From Octopus sinensis (taxonomy: Eukaryota), in the NCBI RefSeq assembly GCF_006345805.1, contig NC_043018.1, positions 14,508,001-14,572,000 of the forward strand: a stretch of DNA of 64,000 bases, given 5' to 3'. The translations under genes were made by a program, and so were the position numbers. A model generated the notes under the pieces. The model did not search any database, was not told where the DNA came from, and saw nothing but the letters and a program-made list of their open reading frames with translations. Shown piece after piece: positions 60,701 to 64,000 of this stretch (position 1 is its first letter; each line of letters opens with the position of its first letter).

Positions 60701-63014
60701 TAGAGATTAAGCAACTGCCTGGAGGTTTTCTTATTAGTTAACATAGTTAGGTCTTGTTGTTTAGTCTCTGTTCAGCACTGATTGGACAGGTCCCCTAACA
60801 AAGGTATTCGAACCATGACCACCCCATTTTTTTTTCCCCCAGACATTGTGTATTTAGATCCATATTGTTAAAATATGTCATTCCCTTTTTTAAGGTGGTA
60901 GGGTGGGCATTTAGCTGCTACTTCTAGCATGTTGAGTTTCCATGTAGAGGTTTTCCTTCCCTTGTTCCATGTAGTAGTAAGGTCTGAATTTACAGTTGTG
61001 CGGTTGGCATTTCAGTTTATTAAGCCCAAATGCACTTGACCCTCAAATATAACTTTTATTTTTTGATGTTGCTATTTTGTTTTTTTATCTTGCGAAGGAG
61101 CCCCTATGAGTTCACTCTGTTACATATTCCAGCTAAATCACTCTTAACTCACATGTTACTCTCTAGGAAAGCTGATACATTGAATGATGTAGTCCTGAGT
61201 TCTGTACTCTACATAAGAAAAACAATGGATTGGTCTGGAGTAGAGTGTTTTTGTCCATAGGCCTGTTTGATCTTGGTTGACCAGGTGAACTAAACAATAA
61301 CAAGCCACTTAGTTTGTTGTATTTATGTCCCACTTTTTAGATAACCATCAATGATGTTTTTGTTTCTTTTTTAGTGCTACGACTATCATCCAAGATTTAG
61401 AACACTTTTTGGATCACTGCAAAGAAACATCTTTTTATAAAACCCGGATGTCTTTCAACTCAAACAGTAAGTTCCAAGGTTTTCCACTTTCTTTTATTCT
61501 TCTTGTTTAGACCGAAATCAAACTTGGTTTTAAACCTTTAGTTTGATTATTCATCATCATCATCATCATCGTTTAGCGTCCGCTTTCCATGCTAGCATGG
61601 GTTGGACGGTTCGACTGGTGTTTGGGAAACCAGGAGGCTGCACCAGGCTCCAGTCTGATCTGGCAGTGTTTCTACAGCTGGATGCCCTTCCTAACGCCAA
61701 CCACTCCGCGAGTGTAGGGGGCGCTTTTTATGTGCCACCAGCACAATGCTTATTGATTCACATTGTTTTGAATTAATCATAGATTATCTCGTAGCTTTGA
61801 GATTTTGATGGTGTGATGGTTTAATGGAGAATAACATTGTAGAGTAGGTGTGAGAGCCTGGGTACTCTCTTTTTACTCTCTTACTTGTTTTAGTCATTTG
61901 ACTGCGGCCATGCTGGAGCACCGCCTTTAGTCCAGCAAATCGACCCCAAGACTTATTCTTTGTAAGCCTCGTACTTATTCTATCGGTCACTTTTGCCAAA
62001 CTGCTAAGTTACGGGGATGTAAACACACCACCATCGGTTGTCAAGCGATGTTGGGGGACAAACACAGATACACAAACATATACACACACATATATTTATA
62101 TATACATATATACAACAGGCTTCTTTCAGTTTCCGTCTACCAAATCCACTCACAAGGCATTGGTCGGCCCGAGGCTATAGCAGAAGACACTTGCCCAAGA
62201 TGCCACGCAATGGGACTGAACCCGGAACCATGTGGTTGGTAAGCAAGCTACTTACCACACAGCCACTCCTGTGCCATTTTAAATTTTTATTTCACCTTTC
62301 GCTGTAATCTCATTCTCTAAGTCTTTTTTTTTTTTTCTTACAGGGAAAACGGATCTGCACCAGTCTATAAATAGTCTTTTCCTCAATATTACTGACCACT
62401 GGAAAGAGTCGGTCTCTGATCTGGATTCTGGCCTTTCAAAAGATCTTTCTCTTTCCTCAGAGCCTTTCAGCATTCCTGTTAATCACAAACTAAAATTTCG
62501 GCAAAGCTCCATCACTTACAGAACGCAACCCAAAGTCTTTCTTCACCAAAACCGTTACAAATTATCAGACTCTACCATTCAGTCAGCAACAGAATACGAA
62601 AGCAGCGATGAGGATACTGAGATTCCGTCCAGTCAGATGGATCTTTTTACCACGGAACCTGTCCAGAAGAAACCTCGACTCCTTGCCTGCAAAGTTGTGG
62701 CAAACACTCTGAAGCAAGGCAGGAGAAGATCAATCGATACAAGCAATTGCAAATACTTACAAAGGAAATTGGAGTCACTCAACATCGACAACTCATACTT
62801 ACCAGCTGACCCTGCAACGTTTACAGAATACCCAGATCGGACGTACCTATGGCTGGTTTCAGTTTGTAGTTATCTCATTGAAGAGAATAAGCTTGCTCTC
62901 AACAACCAAGTCTGCAACCTTGAGTGCCTTCTTAAATTGCAACCCTATTCGAGATCCAGAAAGGCTTCATTGATAAATATTTATCAGTATTTCGAGAAGG
63001 CCAGAAGCCAGTGA
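43417..63014 (+). CDS. TAF1B: TATA box-binding protein-associated factor RNA polymerase I subunit B (RRN7), spliced CDS (13 exons, 1899 nt, 632 aa)
   Basis: Exons 43417-43429, 45391-45476, 46893-46974, 47657-47760, 49079-49188, 50577-50789, 52688-52787, 55411-55540, 56514-56676, 57801-57844, 59994-60084, 61375-61466, 62344-63014. All introns are GT-AG and in phase. N-terminal zinc ribbon CPVC..GMYYCLTC. Recognisable TAF1B blocks: WSTIEGFQFVIKEQVKALIALG, VFDLWVKYL, MSMAKTIAFCYVGLL, SDIVRWIQNGKVPYL, AYVIILIKILFRLD. Confidence 0.92.
45391..45476 (+). CDS. TAF1B: TAF1B exon 2 (zinc ribbon)
   Basis: CAGCAG|TA...CCG|GTAAGT; PKCPVCDETEFENIDGMYYCLTCCSQIP. Confidence 0.9.
46008..46456 (+). repeat. 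Head-to-tail dimer of family C SINE
   Basis: Second unit restarts at AGAAACGTTAGC after AAAGAAATA; flanked by a ~25-nt direct repeat. Confidence 0.85.
46893..46974 (+). CDS. TAF1B: TAF1B exon 3
   Basis: TTTGCAG|AAA...GACG|GTATGT; KVFDTEVENYGQENYLFSSKLKKSQAD. Confidence 0.82.
47366..47590. mobile_element. piggyBac-type MITE (family P1)
   Basis: TTAA|CCCTTTAG ... AAAAGGG. Confidence 0.78.
47657..47760 (+). CDS. TAF1B: TAF1B exon 4
   Basis: TTCCAG|TT...AAG|GTATCT; DKYGCKWSTIEGFQFVIKEQVKALIALGADPRLK. Confidence 0.92.
48056..48568. mobile_element. Tc1/pogo (Tc2-like) MITE
   Basis: TA-flanked TIRs; homologous to 17940-18462. Confidence 0.82.
49079..49188 (+). CDS. TAF1B: TAF1B exon 5
   Basis: TTTTAG|GAA...TCG|GTAAGT; EVVFDLWVKYLTKVKVAFHNNTQEEKPFIIKFPTRS. 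Confidence 0.9.
49748..49969. mobile_element. piggyBac-type MITE (family P2) monomer
   Basis: TTAA|CCCTTTCGTTACC ... TCAAAAGGG; same family as the 52805-53748 array and the partial copy at 39983-40125. Confidence 0.8.
50577..50789 (+). CDS. TAF1B: TAF1B exon 6
   Basis: TTTCAG|AGAT...CAG|GTTAGT; ...ERMSMAKTIAFCYVGLLYTNDLTMPSDIV. Confidence 0.92.
52165..52576 (-). mobile_element. Family A SINE
   Basis: Full-length reverse copy. Confidence 0.85.
52688..52787 (+). CDS. TAF1B: TAF1B exon 7
   Basis: CTTAG|GTGG...CCT|GTGAGT; WIQNGKVPYLHVSSQFPERFKFFAEDTVTFNPP. Confidence 0.92.
52805..53748. repeat. Four-unit 240-bp tandem array of P2 MITE
   Basis: ATATAACAAAGAATTT marker at 52861, 53101, 53341 and 53581. 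Confidence 0.92.
53960..54360 (-). mobile_element. R4/Dong-like (RLE) LINE fragment
   Basis: TENLIIAAQDQALNT, zinc-knuckle remnant, LHWLLCRKYG, KILWDFDFQTD across frameshifts. Confidence 0.75.
55054..55406 (-). mobile_element. R4/Dong-like LINE 3' end
   Basis: KEREEVDKYGDLRVEIAKIW..KVIPIVIRALG..LQKSALLRTARILRKVL*, then a (TAA)n tail. Confidence 0.8.
55411..55540 (+). CDS. TAF1B: TAF1B exon 8
   Basis: TTTCTAG|AAT...CCAG|GTGCGT; NIPSTKRIRLLCGRLIYFLKLSDIPRIPVLKLVHKCICRLHLP. Confidence 0.85.
55925..56310 (+). mobile_element. Family A SINE
   Basis: Near full-length copy. Confidence 0.85.
56514..56676 (+). CDS. TAF1B: TAF1B exon 9
   Basis: TTACAG|GA...AAG|GTAAGT; ...PPMELFAMAYVIILIKILFRLDGINE. 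Confidence 0.9.
57096..57314. mobile_element. hAT (Charlie-like) MITE
   Basis: TIRs CAGTGCTTTTCAA / TTGAAAACCACTG; perfect 8-bp TSD CTCTATAG. Confidence 0.9.
57801..57844 (+). CDS. TAF1B: TAF1B exon 10
   Basis: TTTAG|GAAA...GAAG|GTAAGG; KVSSFAAEYAKLVE; phase 2 in, phase 1 out. Confidence 0.8.
58209..58515 (+). mobile_element. Family A SINE (3'-truncated)
   Basis: Head, microsatellite and part of the 3' body. Confidence 0.82.
59994..60084 (+). CDS. TAF1B: TAF1B exon 11
   Basis: TTTCAG|AT...CATG|GTAACG; DNIFIWENWANHLTAVANNLKLQQETHKP. Confidence 0.82.
61375..61466 (+). CDS. TAF1B: TAF1B exon 12
   Basis: TTTTAG|TGCT...AACA|GTAAGT; ATTIIQDLEHFLDHCKETSFYKTRMSFNSN. Confidence 0.82.
61864..62273 (-). 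mobile_element. Family A SINE
   Basis: Full-length reverse copy. Confidence 0.85.
62344..63014 (+). CDS. TAF1B: TAF1B last exon
   Basis: Polypyrimidine tract TTACAG|GG; open frame continues into the listed ORF 62637-63014; AATAAA at 63111-63116. Confidence 0.85.
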
Positions 63015-63234
63015 ATGAACAAAATTAAAAATGTAGAGCAGGGGGTTGGTAAAGTTTTTTTTGGAGGAGGGCCTGATAGATATGTTTCTATGTCCTTGTG
63101 GGCCAAAACAAATAAAAAATTAAAACATCGTCTTACAAGGCTTTAGAAACAACTTTTTTTTCTTTTCCTAATTTTCTTTTCATTAAAAACCAGAAATGTA
63201 CAAAAAAATTGACTCCCTCAAATGTCAGTGGGGA

Positions 63235-63485
63235 TACTTAGAAGTAGTGGACAGTTTCTAACTTAGGTGACCAAGTGAGCAGTGATGGAGGTTGTTCTGA
63301 AAGCATAGCTGCTAGAATAAGAATAAGCTGGGCAAAGTTCTGAGAGCTGCTACCTCTGTTGGTAATGAAGGGCCTCTCCTTCAGAGCGAAAGGCAGATTG
63401 TATGATGCTTGTGTACAAACAGCTTTGCTATATGGCAGTGAGACATGGGCTGTGACTACTGAGGATGTGTGGTGATGATGATGAT
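63235..63485 (+). mobile_element. RTE LINE RT C-terminal fragment
   Basis: LGDQVSSDGGCSESIAARIRISWAKF..KGRLYDACVQTALLYGSETW, then a (TGA)n run. Confidence 0.82.
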
Positions 63486-63672
63486 TGCAAGGAAGGATTT
63501 CCTACACATTTGATAACAAAAATTGGAATGTGCATTGTCTGAAATGCAGTGACGAGTTTTTTTTAATTAAACTGAACAGGTGTATGGTGACATTGGATCT
63601 GTTACCAGTTAGTTTACTTGCTTTTCTCAATGGATAAGTAAACCTTTTTTTTTGCCATTCATACTTTTCTTG

Positions 63673-63993
63673 TGGCACCTTGGGCAAGTGTCTTCTGCCA
63701 TAGCCTTGGGCCGACCAAAGCCTTGTGAGTGGATTTGGTAGATGGAAACTGAAAGAAGCATGTCGTATATACATATGTATGTGTGTGTGTTTGTCACCCA
63801 GACACACAAACATATTTATATATATATACACACGACGGGCTTCTTTAAGTTTCCGTCTACCAAATCCACTCACAAGGCTTTGGTTGGCCCGAGGCTATAG
63901 TAGAAGACACTTGCCCAAGGTGCCATGCAGTGGGACTGAACCCAGAACCATGTGGTTGGTATGCAAGCTACTTACCACACAGCTACTCCTGTG
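63673..63993. repeat. Fold-back pair of family A SINE halves
   Basis: Arm 63673-63795 is reverse-complementary to 63801-63925. Confidence 0.88.
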
Positions 63994-64000
63994 CCTTTAA

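Overview
Eukaryotic, AT-rich, repeat-dense genomic DNA. The SINE, MITE and microsatellite complement looks like an Octopus/cephalopod genome (inference from recognised repeat families). Two multi-exon + strand genes were assembled by hand from GT-AG signals with fully consistent intron phases. The first is an LRRC27-like leucine-rich-repeat gene (10 coding exons, 25176-40286, 513 aa) with RFX X-box motifs upstream. The second is TAF1B/RRN7, an RNA polymerase I SL1 subunit (13 exons, 43417-63014, 632 aa). Most short ORFs in the track are microsatellite or repeat artefacts. The rest is transposon debris: several tRNA-derived SINE families, RTE-tailed repeats, mariner, pogo/Tc2-, piggyBac- and hAT-type MITEs, Helentron-like elements, CR1, RTE, R4/Dong and Penelope fragments, and three solo LTRs. 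The most unusual signals are (i) hammerhead-ribozyme cores, one inside a tRNA-headed SINE and two in Penelope-type terminal repeats, (ii) multimeric SINE insertions bounded by a single target-site duplication, (iii) a chimeric 240-bp MITE array, (iv) a TAF1B splice acceptor whose polypyrimidine tract is antisense LINE coding sequence, and (v) a fold-back SINE hairpin downstream of TAF1B. There is no rRNA, genuine tRNA gene or CRISPR array. All family assignments come from motif recognition, not database searches.
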